Positions 18,925-29,895 are shown, counted from the first letter of the stretch. The stretch is 64,000 nt of DNA from Nitrosopumilus sp. (GCA_965197525.1 OZ240211.1:1120001-1184000), one strand, 5' to 3'. Notes: generated from the letters alone by a model not told the origin. Program-made: numbers and translations.

Positions 18925-20589
18925 CTACATGGTAGCCTGTGAGGCCTCGTGGAACATTTGTGACTTTGCACATCCTGCAGCTAGTTCATCACCTGCACCG
19001 CGTCTCATAAGACCACGGTACAAACCATCCTCTAGTTTGACGCCTTCGCGTTCCTCCCATTCCTCGACAGTAATGGAGTATTTCTTTTGGATTCTGTCCC
19101 TGTACCACTCTGGTATCACGTTAAACGCACAGAACGGTACGATACGCAAGTCAGGTGTAAGATAATGAATATCACATCTTTGTAACCGCTCCAAGTCCTC
19201 GTTGTATTTGTCCTGAAAATGCATCATGCCCAAGAACAATCCTTTGACGTGCCAAGAGCCTACTGAATCAAACGATCTCTTCATCAGGATGTTACCGAAC
19301 ATCTTGGCCAAATCAAGACCGGCAGGCTGTTTCTTTGTATCAACAAATCCCTTTAGTTTACGGACTACCTCTAACATTGTAAAATACTTGTTTTTACCAG
19401 AACGAATCTCTTCTGCCTTATCTTCAAATAACTCTAACATTCCCTGGATATCACAAAACTTTGTCAATGGTACAAATTTCTTGGTATCTGCATCCTCAAA
19501 GATGTATGTGCCGGCACCACAGGCAAAGTGTATAGACAGCTCGTACTTTGGTTTACTAGAGAATGCTTCAATAACATTGGTCAGAGGCATACAGCTAGGA
19601 ACAGGGAACCAGTCATCGACTGTAACCTCGCCTGCAGTCTGCTCTTCAATTCTTTGGATACAGTCAGGTATTGTAATACGGTATTTTTCACGTTCCGATT
19701 TACCCATACGACCAGTAAGAGAGACAGGTTGAAAGTTGACTGCGTGTACTACATCCATGTTCTTTTGTGCATAGCGAATAATACCGCCCAACTCGTGATC
19801 ATTAATTGATTTGATTACAGTGGGTACAAACACCACGGTAGTACCGGTCTTGCGACAGCTATCCAGAGCGTACGGAATCTCCCAGTGATTCTTGGGATTT
19901 GTTCTTGCAGTCACACCGTCAAACGACAGATACAGATTGTTACAGCCAGCCAGCCTAACCTCACGTGCGGCTTCTGGATCCATTGCATGTCTGATACCGT
20001 TTGTGTTCATCTGGATGTGGTCAACACCCTCCTCCTTCATTATTTTTATAACATCTGCAATATCCTCACGCAACATGGGTTCACCACCAGTAATCTGCAT
20101 GGAATTACCAGGGATTGGTCTCTCTGCACGCAGCGTCTTCATCATTGCACGAATCTGTGTATGGTCAGGCTCGTACATGTATGCGCCTTCTAACCCTTTC
20201 TTTACATAAAAGAAACAGTACCAGCAAGTCAAGTCACAACGGTTAGTCACTATCATGTTTGCAAGACCGCTATGTGACAAATGATTAGAACATAGACCAC
20301 AGTTATTAGGACAGGAACATTTGTCAATCAATACGTTTGGGGCATGGGCACCCTTGCCGTCCATCCAGTATGTACTGAACTTGTTATACATATCAAAAGA
20401 GCCAAAGTACAGTTCCTCGCATTCGCCGTGTGTCGGACATGTCTTGGTCATAAACACCTTGCTGTCACGCTCAAAGACTTCGGCATCCAGTATCATGTTG
20501 CAGTCAGGACAGATACTCTGTGTAAAACGTATAGTAGATTTCTTTCCCAGATTTTTGACACTCTGGTTGGATATCTGAATTAGCGCCAT
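18925..20589 (-). CDS. tes: Tetraether lipid synthase (GDGT macrocyclisation radical SAM enzyme, MJ0619 family)
   Basis: N-terminal CPDC...CPTHG, CPNNCGLC, radical SAM CDLTCWYC, NFQPVSLTGR, MMHFQDKYN and RCDIHY...PFCAFN match the MJ0619/Tes architecture. Confidence 0.88.
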   Translation of the reverse strand: MALIQISNQSVKNLGKKSTIRFTQSICPDCNMILDAEVFERDSKVFMTKTCPTHGECEELYFGSFDMYNKFSTYWMDGKGAHAPNVLIDKCSCPNNCGLCSNHLSHSGLANMIVTNRCDLTCWYCFFYVKKGLEGAYMYEPDHTQIRAMMKTLRAERPIPGNSMQITGGEPMLREDIADVIKIMKEEGVDHIQMNTNGIRHAMDPEAAREVRLAGCNNLYLSFDGVTARTNPKNHWEIPYALDSCRKTGTTVVFVPTVIKSINDHELGGIIRYAQKNMDVVHAVNFQPVSLTGRMGKSEREKYRITIPDCIQRIEEQTAGEVTVDDWFPVPSCMPLTNVIEAFSSKPKYELSIHFACGAGTYIFEDADTKKFVPLTKFCDIQGMLELFEDKAEEIRSGKNKYFTMLEVVRKLKGFVDTKKQPAGLDLAKMFGNILMKRSFDSVGSWHVKGLFLGMMHFQDKYNEDLERLQRCDIHYLTPDLRIVPFCAFNVIPEWYRDRIQKKYSITVEEWEEREGVKLEDGLYRGLMRRGAGDELAAGCAKSQMFHEASQATM

Positions 20590-20692
20590 ATTGTAAAAAA
20601 TCTACAGAAAATGAGTATATAATCCATTTCACACGTGACATAGGGTTGAATTTATGATTAATTTAAATATCAAAACGTAAGAATTAGAGCTT

Positions 20693-21460
20693 GTGAGCAT
20701 ATCAGACAAAACAAGAAAAGCGCTAGAGAAGATAGGCATGACAGGGTACGAGATTAGGACGTTTTCCACACTGTTAAAGTCAGGCGAGATGACAGCATCT
20801 GATCTGAGTCAGAGGTCGGGTGTGCCTTATTCGAAGATTTACGAGGTGGTAGGTACGCTAGAGGAGAAGGGATGGATTGGCAGTGATGATTCAAGACCTA
20901 CAAAGTACTTTCCCAAGTCACCTGCAACCGGACTGGATACTACAAAACAAAAGATGGATACACAATTTACAGAGAATCAGAATGTGATATTGCACGAGCT
21001 GGTACCACTATATGAGAAGAGCGGGACAAGTGAGAGACCCGACATCTGGGTGCTGTCAGGTGCCACAAACATTACACTAAAGATTTTGGAGATGGTAGAT
21101 GCCTGCCGCAACGAGGTCATGATAGCATTGCCTGATGCGGGTGTAGAACTGGTAAGGCAGGCATTGCCAAAGCTGAGATTACTACATGACAAGGGAGTAA
21201 AGATAACCATACTTACATCAGACAAGATGGACAAGGACTCCATTGTTGCAATAAGAAGGGTGGCTGATGTAAAGATAAAGAAAGGGTTGTTTGGTGGCGG
21301 CATCATATCTGACAAGAGGTATGTCGTAATACTGTTGGGACCCGAGATCGGCGGGATTAATACGTCAGATATTGTAGCCATATGGGCAGACCATGCGGGG
21401 CTGGCAGGCTTTGCAAGACAGTATTTTGAATATTTATTAAAAGATTCGACTATGGGATAG
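20693..21460 (+). CDS. TrmB-family transcriptional regulator
   Basis: SGVPYSKIYEVVGTLEEKGWI wHTH plus PLD-like C-terminal domain. Confidence 0.88.
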   Translation: MSISDKTRKALEKIGMTGYEIRTFSTLLKSGEMTASDLSQRSGVPYSKIYEVVGTLEEKGWIGSDDSRPTKYFPKSPATGLDTTKQKMDTQFTENQNVILHELVPLYEKSGTSERPDIWVLSGATNITLKILEMVDACRNEVMIALPDAGVELVRQALPKLRLLHDKGVKITILTSDKMDKDSIVAIRRVADVKIKKGLFGGGIISDKRYVVILLGPEIGGINTSDIVAIWADHAGLAGFARQYFEYLLKDSTMG

Positions 21461-21461
21461 T

Positions 21462-21956
21462 GTGGATGAATTGAGTGATAATGGCGTAATAGATGACGAG
21501 GTGCTGTTTGTCGGAACAGCAGAGGCAGAACATGTAGAGATGTATCTAAAAGCTATCTGGCACATAAAGGAGAGGGGAGAGGATGTAAGGATTACAGGTA
21601 TTGCAAAGATGCTAAACATCAGACAGCCAAGCGTGGTGCAGATGCTAAAAAAATTGAACGGTAAAAATCTTGTAAAGTACAACAAGGCAGGCGTGAGACT
21701 GACTGAGGAGGGCGAGAGGATTGGTGCAGGTATGATGAGGAACAGCAGGCTGTTGGAGGTACTGATGGATAGTGCACTAAAGGTGGAGATTGACGAGGAG
21801 ATGGTATGCGGGATTGAGCACCACATGAACAAGCAGTTTACTGATGCATTGTGTGTAATGCTGGGGCACCCAAGAAAGTGTCCGCACGACCATGATATTC
21901 CGGTCGGGGAGTGTTGCAGGATGCAGACGGCAAATGAGAACGCATCTGTATCATAA
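21462..21956 (+). CDS. DtxR/MntR-family metal-dependent repressor
   Basis: EMYLKAIW, PSVVQMLKKL, CGIEHH and CPHDHDIP. Confidence 0.9.
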   Translation: MDELSDNGVIDDEVLFVGTAEAEHVEMYLKAIWHIKERGEDVRITGIAKMLNIRQPSVVQMLKKLNGKNLVKYNKAGVRLTEEGERIGAGMMRNSRLLEVLMDSALKVEIDEEMVCGIEHHMNKQFTDALCVMLGHPRKCPHDHDIPVGECCRMQTANENASVS

Positions 21957-22061
21957 CCTGATTAAAAAAACAGTTTGCATTACAACCAGATACACAAAAA
22001 CAGTATGTCAATAGAGCAACATGCAGTTAATTTTGCACGGTATGCATACGTATTAATTTTT

Positions 22062-23546
22062 TCACGAGTTTAACTGTTCTGCATAACGCATACACTGCAT
22101 CCCCTCATCCCCTCTGCCAAGACTGAGAAGTGCGGTACCTTTGGATACATACGCATACTGGTCTTTAGGATCTATCTCCAAACACTTGTCATAGAATGAA
22201 ATTGCCTCTTCAGGCATTCCAAGGGAAAGGTGGATGTTTGCTTTGCGGAGATATGCTCCCGAACTCATAGGGTTCAATCTCAAGGCATCATCGCAGCATT
22301 GGAGCGCTTTTTCATACATCTCAAGATCTTCAAGCGAGCTTGCCTTGTAAAGATGTGGATAGATATGGTTTGGATCCATACCTATAGCCTTGTCATAGAA
22401 CTGGACTGCTTTTTCATACATTCCAAGTTGGTCAAAGACGATCCCCTTGTGGATGCACGCATCTGCATGTTTTGAATCTATCTCTAGGGCTTTATCATAA
22501 CAGTGTAATGCCTTTTTATGCATGCCAAGTTCTGTAAAAGAATGGCCTTTCCAAAAGTATGCATCAGCGTCACTCGAATCTAGCTCTATTGCCTTGGCAT
22601 AGTACGGTATTGCCTCCTTGTGTCTGTGAAGAAAGTGAAGTGTATATGCCTTCTCGAAATACGCGTTGTTGGTTGGTTCTATCTGCAGGGACCTGTCAAA
22701 ACATTTGAGTGCCAGCTCGTATAGGGCCAGTTTTTGAAGCAAGGCTCCTTTTTGGGCATGCAGGTTACAGTCACTGGCAAAATTATCCGGATCAAGATCC
22801 ATGGCCCTGTCGTAGCATTCGATTGCCTGTCTGTGTAAATCCAACGCTGCAAGGGAATGTCCCTTTGATACGTACGCGGAACTATAACTAGGATCAAGAT
22901 CCAGACATTTGTCATAGTACTCGATTGCGTCGTTGTGCAATCCTAGTTTTGCAAGCGATTTTCCCTTGGATTGGTATGCAGGATGGTATTTGGGATCAAG
23001 CTCCAGACATTTGTCATAGTACTCGATTGCGTCGTTGTGCAATCCTAGTTTTGCAAGCGAATATCCCTTGCAGAAATACAGGTAGCCATCATCATGTATG
23101 TGGTCTAAGCATCGACTATAGCACTCAATTGCCTGGCCGTGTAGATGCAGTGCTGCAAATAAGTGCCCCTGAATCACATGTGAATCAATATGATCGGGAT
23201 CAAGCTCTATGGCCTGTTCAACAAATTGGATTGCTTTTTTATAACGCCCAAGTGCATAAAGCGAGTTTGCCTTGTTGTAATAGGCATGACTGCTGTCAGG
23301 GGACAGTTTTAAAACATTCTCATAGCACCGTATTGCTTTTTTGTACTCGCCAAGACTATAGAGTGAGTTTCCTTTTTTGTTGTGTATGTCTGCATTATCA
23401 GGATTTGCTTTCAGGGATTTGTCATAGAATGTGACTGCTTTTTTATGCATGCCGCATTTGGCAAACTCATAACCGGTGGATGCAAGGATATCACTCTCAT
23501 GTATTTTGTGATCCTCAGGCATGTATTTTGTTTGGTTGTTTGTCAT
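22062..23546 (-). CDS. Tetratricopeptide repeat protein (about 13 TPRs)
   Basis: 34-aa periodic KGxSLxxLGxxxxAIxxYDKxLxLDP units. Confidence 0.92.
   Translation of the reverse strand: MTNNQTKYMPEDHKIHESDILASTGYEFAKCGMHKKAVTFYDKSLKANPDNADIHNKKGNSLYSLGEYKKAIRCYENVLKLSPDSSHAYYNKANSLYALGRYKKAIQFVEQAIELDPDHIDSHVIQGHLFAALHLHGQAIECYSRCLDHIHDDGYLYFCKGYSLAKLGLHNDAIEYYDKCLELDPKYHPAYQSKGKSLAKLGLHNDAIEYYDKCLDLDPSYSSAYVSKGHSLAALDLHRQAIECYDRAMDLDPDNFASDCNLHAQKGALLQKLALYELALKCFDRSLQIEPTNNAYFEKAYTLHFLHRHKEAIPYYAKAIELDSSDADAYFWKGHSFTELGMHKKALHCYDKALEIDSKHADACIHKGIVFDQLGMYEKAVQFYDKAIGMDPNHIYPHLYKASSLEDLEMYEKALQCCDDALRLNPMSSGAYLRKANIHLSLGMPEEAISFYDKCLEIDPKDQYAYVSKGTALLSLGRGDEGMQCMRYAEQLNS
22901..23060. repeat. 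Intragenic 102-bp-period duplication in TPR gene 1
   Basis: 22901-22958 is identical to 23003-23060 (58 bp). Confidence 0.9.
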
Positions 23547-24049
23547 TTAAAATCATTTCTAGATCATCAAGGTATGATATTTGCATGACGTAACAAGTAA
23601 TGTATTGGTCAGCCAAATACAGGCATGTTCGGTTTCCAAACCAGATAAACTGCGATGAAACGGACTGTGTGGTATTTTACCCAAATTCAGTGTGTATATA
23701 TACAGAAATATTTGCGTTCTCAAAGACACATCCTCGCAAGATGATAGGGCGTGTGATAATTGGGTAATATTTTATGGATACGATAACCCCTATCAAAAAA
23801 AACCATACAATTACAGTCGGTATTTGGATGACTGCAAGCGCAAACATTTAACGAAAGAGAGAGAGAAACCAAGATCGACACCCGTATAAAAAAAACAGGC
23901 GCGCACGTATCCTCTTTATCATTCCTATGAGCGGATAGATGAAGCGCAGTCAGACTGGGATCAAATCAAGAAGTGAACGGTTATTAAAAAAAATACCGGC
24001 GTCAAAAAAAACACGATATCTGAATGACAGATAACAGTTTACATACTGA

Positions 24050-25702
24050 CTATCGCATCTCCAACCGTCTTGCATAATCAGCACACCGTTCTGCCTCATC
24101 ATGCATGCCAAGCTCTTGAAATGCAAACCCCTTGAAGACATATGCAAGATGGTTATCTGGATCGATCTCCAGGCATCTGTCATAGTATTCTATTGCCTTC
24201 TCCGGCATGCCAAGTTTAAAAAATGCGTATCCTTTGCTGAGATGCGCTCGTACATTCACGGGATCCAGGCTCAGGCATTTATCGTAACATTTCATTGATT
24301 CACCATACATGTTAAATTTTGTAAGTGTGTCCCCCTTACGGACATACGTATCGGCATGATTTGGATCCAGTTCTATGGATCTGTCGTAGCATTCGATTGC
24401 CTTGTCATACATGCCAAGGACATCAAATGTAGATCCCTTGTAGGCAAACGTAACTGGATCAGTCGGGTCTAGACGTACGGCATTGTCGTAGCATTCGATT
24501 GCTTTTTGAGGCATGTCAAGGTCTACAAACAAGGACCCCTTGGCTATATGTGCAGCGATACTGGCGGGATCTATCTCTAGCGCCCTGTTGTAGCATTTTA
24601 GTGCTTTTTTATGCATGTCAAGTGCCGCAAGCGAATTACCCTTCTCGACATACGAATCGACGTAGTTTGGGTCTAGTTTGATGGCCTGGTCAAAGCATTC
24701 GATTGCTTGTCTGTGCACCCCAAGGGCTGCAAGCTCTGTTGCCTTGTTAAAATAGGTAGTACCGTCATCGGGATTTAGTTTCAGGGATTTGTCGTAGCAC
24801 TCGATTGCTTGTTTATGCAGGTGTAGATGTGAAAGCGAGAGTCCCTTGTGGATATATACGTCAGTGTTGTTGGGATCGGGTTTCAGGGATTTGTCGTAGC
24901 ACTCGATTGCTTGTTTATGCAGATCAAGATCTTCAAACGAGATTCCCTTGTACATGTATGTATAAGTGTTGTTGGGATCGAGTTCCAGGGATTTGTCGTA
25001 GCACTCGATTGCTTGTTTATGCAGGTGTAGATGTGAAAGCGAGAGTCCCTTGTTGATATATGTATCAGTGCTGTCGGGATCGAGTTCCAGAGATTTGTCG
25101 TAGCACTCGATTGCTTGTTTATGCATGAGCAGTGCCGCATATGAGGATCCTTTATTCTGATGCGCGTAGGCATTGTTTGGATCGATTTTTAAGGATTTAT
25201 CATAGAATTCGATGGACTTTTTGTATAGACCAAGTTCAAGATATGAACGTCCTATGGCCATATACATAGTGGTATCAGTGGGATCGAGTTTCAAACATCT
25301 CTCGTAGCATTGTATTGCCTTTTTATACATGCCAAGTGAAGAAAACGAGTATCCTTTTCGAAAATCGACGTCAAACATAATTGGAATTTGATCTGAAACC
25401 TTGTCGTAACACTGTATCGTTTTTTCGTACATGCCTAGTTCAAAAAACGAGTGTCCCTTGTGCAGATTGGCATTGAGATCGTGGGGATCTATTTTTAAAA
25501 TCTTGTCAAAGGATTTTATTGCCTGCTCGTGTATGCCACGGTCTGCAAGGTCAAGGCCAGCAGATAGTAAGTCGTAGAGTGTCTGGGCCTTGTCGCTAAT
25601 AGTGCCGTTATCAGGCAACACGTCTTTTGCTGGATCTTCTTTTTTCATCTGATAGTAGAGGGACCGGTTGCCATATTTGATGGTATGGTAATACTTGCAC
25701 AA
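24050..25702 (-). CDS. Tetratricopeptide repeat protein (about 14 TPRs)
   Basis: 34-aa periodic TPR units, e.g. KQAIECYDKSLELDP repeated. Confidence 0.92.
   Translation of the reverse strand: MCKYYHTIKYGNRSLYYQMKKEDPAKDVLPDNGTISDKAQTLYDLLSAGLDLADRGIHEQAIKSFDKILKIDPHDLNANLHKGHSFFELGMYEKTIQCYDKVSDQIPIMFDVDFRKGYSFSSLGMYKKAIQCYERCLKLDPTDTTMYMAIGRSYLELGLYKKSIEFYDKSLKIDPNNAYAHQNKGSSYAALLMHKQAIECYDKSLELDPDSTDTYINKGLSLSHLHLHKQAIECYDKSLELDPNNTYTYMYKGISFEDLDLHKQAIECYDKSLKPDPNNTDVYIHKGLSLSHLHLHKQAIECYDKSLKLNPDDGTTYFNKATELAALGVHRQAIECFDQAIKLDPNYVDSYVEKGNSLAALDMHKKALKCYNRALEIDPASIAAHIAKGSLFVDLDMPQKAIECYDNAVRLDPTDPVTFAYKGSTFDVLGMYDKAIECYDRSIELDPNHADTYVRKGDTLTKFNMYGESMKCYDKCLSLDPVNVRAHLSKGYAFFKLGMPEKAIEYYDRCLEIDPDNHLAYVFKGFAFQELGMHDEAERCADYARRLEMR
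24784..25125. repeat. Four 102-bp tandem units with a 204-bp higher-order repeat in TPR gene 2
   Basis: gatttgtcgtagcactcgattgcttgtttatgca recurs in units starting 24784, 24886, 24988 and 25090. Units 1 and 3 also share gtgtagatgtgaaagcgagagtcccttgt. Confidence 0.9.
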
Positions 25703-26351
25703 GATCTTGTGCTGTGATCTGATTCGGGGAAAATGGTATTGTTCACATCGTATCTTAATTCGTGTCTAACTACAATCATCATCATCATCATCATCATCTA
25801 CCCACCCATAGGCACGAATCAAGGGGTAATGTGAACACTTGCAAAAGATGTTAGGCTGTTTTGATGTTTGAACTTTCGAGTACGGGGATGAGTTTAGGGG
25901 TTTGCTTTCCTGGGACAGTATTCGTAACGGGTACAGGTGCCTAACTGTATCTAAAAACTCACCTATTTCATATTTAACTGCTAATTACAGATTCGTCTGA
26001 TTGGTATTATTATCAGCATCATCATCATCGCTATTGGCATTATCATATGCATCAGCGTCACCATCATAATCTAAACAACGTCAAACCCGTTACTACAAAC
26101 TTTGTAGTTGTTGGTGCCATCTTGGGTGTGTGTGTGTTTTTTTTTTTGACTTGTATGGCATATCAGATTCTACATGTGTTATTTTTTTTACCATAGTGCA
26201 TTCAAAAGATAGACAATACTATTCTCATAACTCTGTCTTAAGAAACTACTTCTCAAGAGTACAATTCTGTGTCAGATTTATAAAACAAAGTATCTTCAAA
26301 ACTTGTCGAATGATTTACTAGCATTTGATCAAATACGTACTGTTCTGAATC

Positions 26352-27575
26352 TTAATGCCGTTTATCAATCCATGGAAAGAGAGATAGTCCCTCCTTGCGT
26401 ATATTTTGCATTTTAGTCTTGTTTGTACCTGCCAGCATCTTGATATACATCTCACATATCTCTGAAGAGTGGCGGTAGTGTTTTTTATACAGACTCTCAA
26501 GGGACGGATCGCCTAGCCTCTCAAGTATATCTGCCTGCATCTCCACGAGCAAGGAACTATGGTAGTGATTTGTAAATTCATGGTTGGGCAACTTGCGAGG
26601 TACAGCAGGCTCGTGCAACATCTTCCAGTATTCTAGATCTTTTTTGGTGATGCAGACGGATTTGAGCGCTTCGTGGTAAAACTCGTTAAAATAATCAGGT
26701 TCGTTGTAGATGAATTGATCATACAGATACGATATGTATTGACGTTTTTGTAGATGATCCAATTTTGCTTTGTTGACGTTGTAGACCATCTCTTTGAGCA
26801 TCTTTACAAATACATCTCTATAGTATCCGTTGGAATCGTCTACGCAATGCATATTTGATGCAATTCCCTCAGAGACTGCCTGACACATCTTGGCAGCCTC
26901 TGAATAATTTTTACTCTTCTGACACTTTTTAGTTTTTTCAAAGAACTCGGTAAAATCTACCTCAGCAGTGGTCCATATTCCGTATCTTGTACACAAGTCA
27001 TAAAACAGTGAATCTACAACAGTAAGGAAGTCAATGTAAGTTTGTGTGTATTTATCTCCCAGACGAGTCAGGAGACGCTTGAATGACTTTTTGTTGTAGA
27101 CTAGATTACGAGGCATAAAATCACTCTTGTCGTCTTCTAGTCCCTCAAGAAGATAATCAGCGATATTGCCATGATATTTTTCATACTGAAAAATCTTTTT
27201 CATGTTATGCAAGGTGTACAGTAGTACTGCTGCTGCATGTCTGCAGATCTTATCAGATGAAGAACATATACAGTTGGAACCAGACGGATTATCATTAAAA
27301 GATATCACCAGAGAATAAACGATGCCGTCTAAGACGCGTCCTTTCAAGACATTCTTGTCACCTCTGACTCGTATTACTGAACCCTTTTCGAATAGTTTCT
27401 CTCCAGGCTCAAAGGATTTGCCGGATAGATCTTTGATTCGACGGATAGTAAGACCGCCTTCTTCTTTTGCCATATTTAGAAGTGATGTGTAAAGTGACGC
27501 CATTAAATCTTTACAATTTACAAAAACGTCAAAACATTCATAGTATACACTCGGATCCGATGCAAATCTGGACAC
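26352..27575 (-). CDS. SWIM zinc-finger domain protein
   Basis: CICSSSDKICRHAAAVL (CxC...CxH) followed by a helical region. Confidence 0.8.
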   Translation of the reverse strand: MSRFASDPSVYYECFDVFVNCKDLMASLYTSLLNMAKEEGGLTIRRIKDLSGKSFEPGEKLFEKGSVIRVRGDKNVLKGRVLDGIVYSLVISFNDNPSGSNCICSSSDKICRHAAAVLLYTLHNMKKIFQYEKYHGNIADYLLEGLEDDKSDFMPRNLVYNKKSFKRLLTRLGDKYTQTYIDFLTVVDSLFYDLCTRYGIWTTAEVDFTEFFEKTKKCQKSKNYSEAAKMCQAVSEGIASNMHCVDDSNGYYRDVFVKMLKEMVYNVNKAKLDHLQKRQYISYLYDQFIYNEPDYFNEFYHEALKSVCITKKDLEYWKMLHEPAVPRKLPNHEFTNHYHSSLLVEMQADILERLGDPSLESLYKKHYRHSSEICEMYIKMLAGTNKTKMQNIRKEGLSLFPWIDKRH

Positions 27576-28119
27576 AAGTTTGCAAGAGTTACGAGGTATA
27601 TCCTAGTAATAAAAAACGCCATCTGACATGCAATGATACGGTACATGACAGACGCTGCAATTACGTGTGTTGAATACTGTAATACCAGCAGGACATCCAT
27701 AAACGATAAAATTCGTAACTGTGTAGTTTGTTGAAGTAAACTAGAATATATGCACAGGATATCAACCAATCATTACTATTTGTTTTATGAGAGATGTAAG
27801 TTTGAGCGTAAATTTCTTTATTGTAGTCATGAACTTCAAAAAACTATACAATTACCAAAAAACTACATAATTTCCAATTTAGATAAACATATCTGGGTTG
27901 CCGCAAAGAACGTGATTCCCGTGTGACTTGACGCTGTTTACGGGTTAAATTAATCGCAAAGTGCGAAATGTCTGAATTGAAAAACAAAGTTCCCAAAGAG
28001 TAATTTTTGCATATCTGTTTGGTTTGTAGGTGGAATCTCAATCTAACACTCGTCTTGATGTGAGATTAAAAAGAATTTGAAACGCAATTCTGAGAAATAA
28101 CTTGTGCTAAAACTAACAA

Positions 28120-28950
28120 CTATTGAACATAGATTCGTTTTCGTTTTTGAGCCTCGTTCTTTAAGCATATTGTTGCAAATGCAACTTCGTCAAAGTTGAT
28201 TGTCTTTAAAGAATTTCTTTTCTCAATTTTAGGATATTCGCTGTATTCCCTGCCGTCGATCATCCGGCCACCAGATTTTGGTCTAAAGCCTCCCCACTGT
28301 TTGAAGAAGACAGGCACGTTTTGCTCTTTGCACTGTTCTATAATTTCTAAAACCCATTCTTTCTTAATGGGCCTATGCTTGGATCCGCTCTCGCCTCCAA
28401 CAATCGCCCAATCAATATTTTTCAGATTGACTTTTCCCATAGGTCCAACCAATGGTTCAAAGCTTATGAACCGTGTGCAACATTTTACTTTGCATAGTTC
28501 GTTAATTCTTGGTGTATAATCATTATTCTCGACACTCACACCCATCCATATATAATTGGGAATTTTATGGCCAAAGTAATCTAGAAACAACTTTGAAAAT
28601 TCTGTCATTCGTTTTGGCCGTTTGGTTAAAATTTGGTAATCATGTATATCTGCTTGAATCATTGTTGAAAAACAGTGACCAATAAATTCAAACGAAGATT
28701 GCTCATGGAATAAATCCGACATACTATTTACAAAAATCCTCTTTCGCTTCTTCCAGCTCAATGGAATATCTACATCTGACGGATGTTGAACAAACTCAAA
28801 TCCCTTTTTGTATTTTTTCAATTTCATCGCGTTTAAACGATTCGATAATTTTTCAGCATAGCAATTTTTACATCCGGGAGAGATTTTTGTACAACCAGTT
28901 GACGGATTCCACGTTGCCTCTGTCCATTCAATGTTTGAATTGTTTGCCAT
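28120..28950 (-). CDS. Phage Gp37/Gp68 family (DUF5131) radical-SAM-like protein
   Basis: IEWTEATWNPSTGCTKISPGCKNCYAE, IFVNSMSDLFH, FISFEPL, WAIVGGESG and FFKQWGG. Confidence 0.9.
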   Translation of the reverse strand: MANNSNIEWTEATWNPSTGCTKISPGCKNCYAEKLSNRLNAMKLKKYKKGFEFVQHPSDVDIPLSWKKRKRIFVNSMSDLFHEQSSFEFIGHCFSTMIQADIHDYQILTKRPKRMTEFSKLFLDYFGHKIPNYIWMGVSVENNDYTPRINELCKVKCCTRFISFEPLVGPMGKVNLKNIDWAIVGGESGSKHRPIKKEWVLEIIEQCKEQNVPVFFKQWGGFRPKSGGRMIDGREYSEYPKIEKRNSLKTINFDEVAFATICLKNEAQKRKRIYVQ

Positions 28951-29285
28951 AGAATTTTTTGCAATTCATTCTATAAAACTATTGGACGAGGCTGGATATC
29001 GGCTGCATGGCAACAAGGAAAACAGCATTTAATATTAGAATAGGAAGCAATTACCCATCATAATTCAAAATTTATCGCAGCCAATGGTACGTACAGTCAA
29101 CGGATATAACAAAATCATGCCGGTCTAGCACACGTTCTAATGAAATGTAATTTACAAGGACATCTAAGAATATCAGATAATAGATTTTCAGCATTTTGTA
29201 CAGGTTCAAAAAATCCTGACAAGGCAGATTATGAAACAGGTTATGGATACTAAAAGATATATCATCTGAAAAAAAGGCCATAAAC

Positions 29286-29450
29286 ATGGCATGTTTTTGC
29301 GGATGTGAAACCTATGAAAAAGACCGAGATGGTTTCAAAGTTGCATGTGTAAAATGTGGGCATGGACCTCAAAATCACGATGAAGAGTTCAGGGAATCTG
29401 CACGAAAGAACGAGTCACAGAGTCAAAAACGCGATGCTGATTTTGGATAA
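29286..29450 (+). CDS. 54-aa Cys/His-rich putative zinc-binding microprotein
   Basis: Not in the ORF track. MACFCGCETYEKDRDGFKVACVKCGHGPQNH... has a CxC...CxxCxH...H pattern. Confidence 0.6.
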   Translation: MACFCGCETYEKDRDGFKVACVKCGHGPQNHDEEFRESARKNESQSQKRDADFG

Positions 29451-29895
29451 ACTCACTTTAAAAAAATGTCTAATATATCATCAATTACAGCAAAAATTTG
29501 AGATAATCTTTAATGCAAGATGATGCAAATACACTACTCCATAGATGTTCAAAATATATGCGGAATCATGATGACAAGAGTACAGTAACGACACAACATT
29601 TTGAGATGGCTAAAGTTAGAATACTTGAGAGGGGTTTGAAAACACAACATAAAAACAAATGTTAAACACAATAACGCATATGGTATGATTTAGAGAATAT
29701 GTGTACATATAATAACATATTTAGAAATAGAACATGTTAAAAATGTCAAAGAATATTCTAAATAAAAAATGTCGATATAAAGATGATGATTTAGAATTCA
29801 ATTAATAAAATCTTGAACCATGTAAGAATGTAAATCCGGTATGGATTTTAATATATGTATATAATCTTCATATAATAACAAAAGAATATTCAGTC

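Noticed and set aside
22901-25125. CRISPR array
   Set aside because: The repeats have a 102-bp period, lie in frame within TPR ORFs and have no unique spacers; no cas genes are present.
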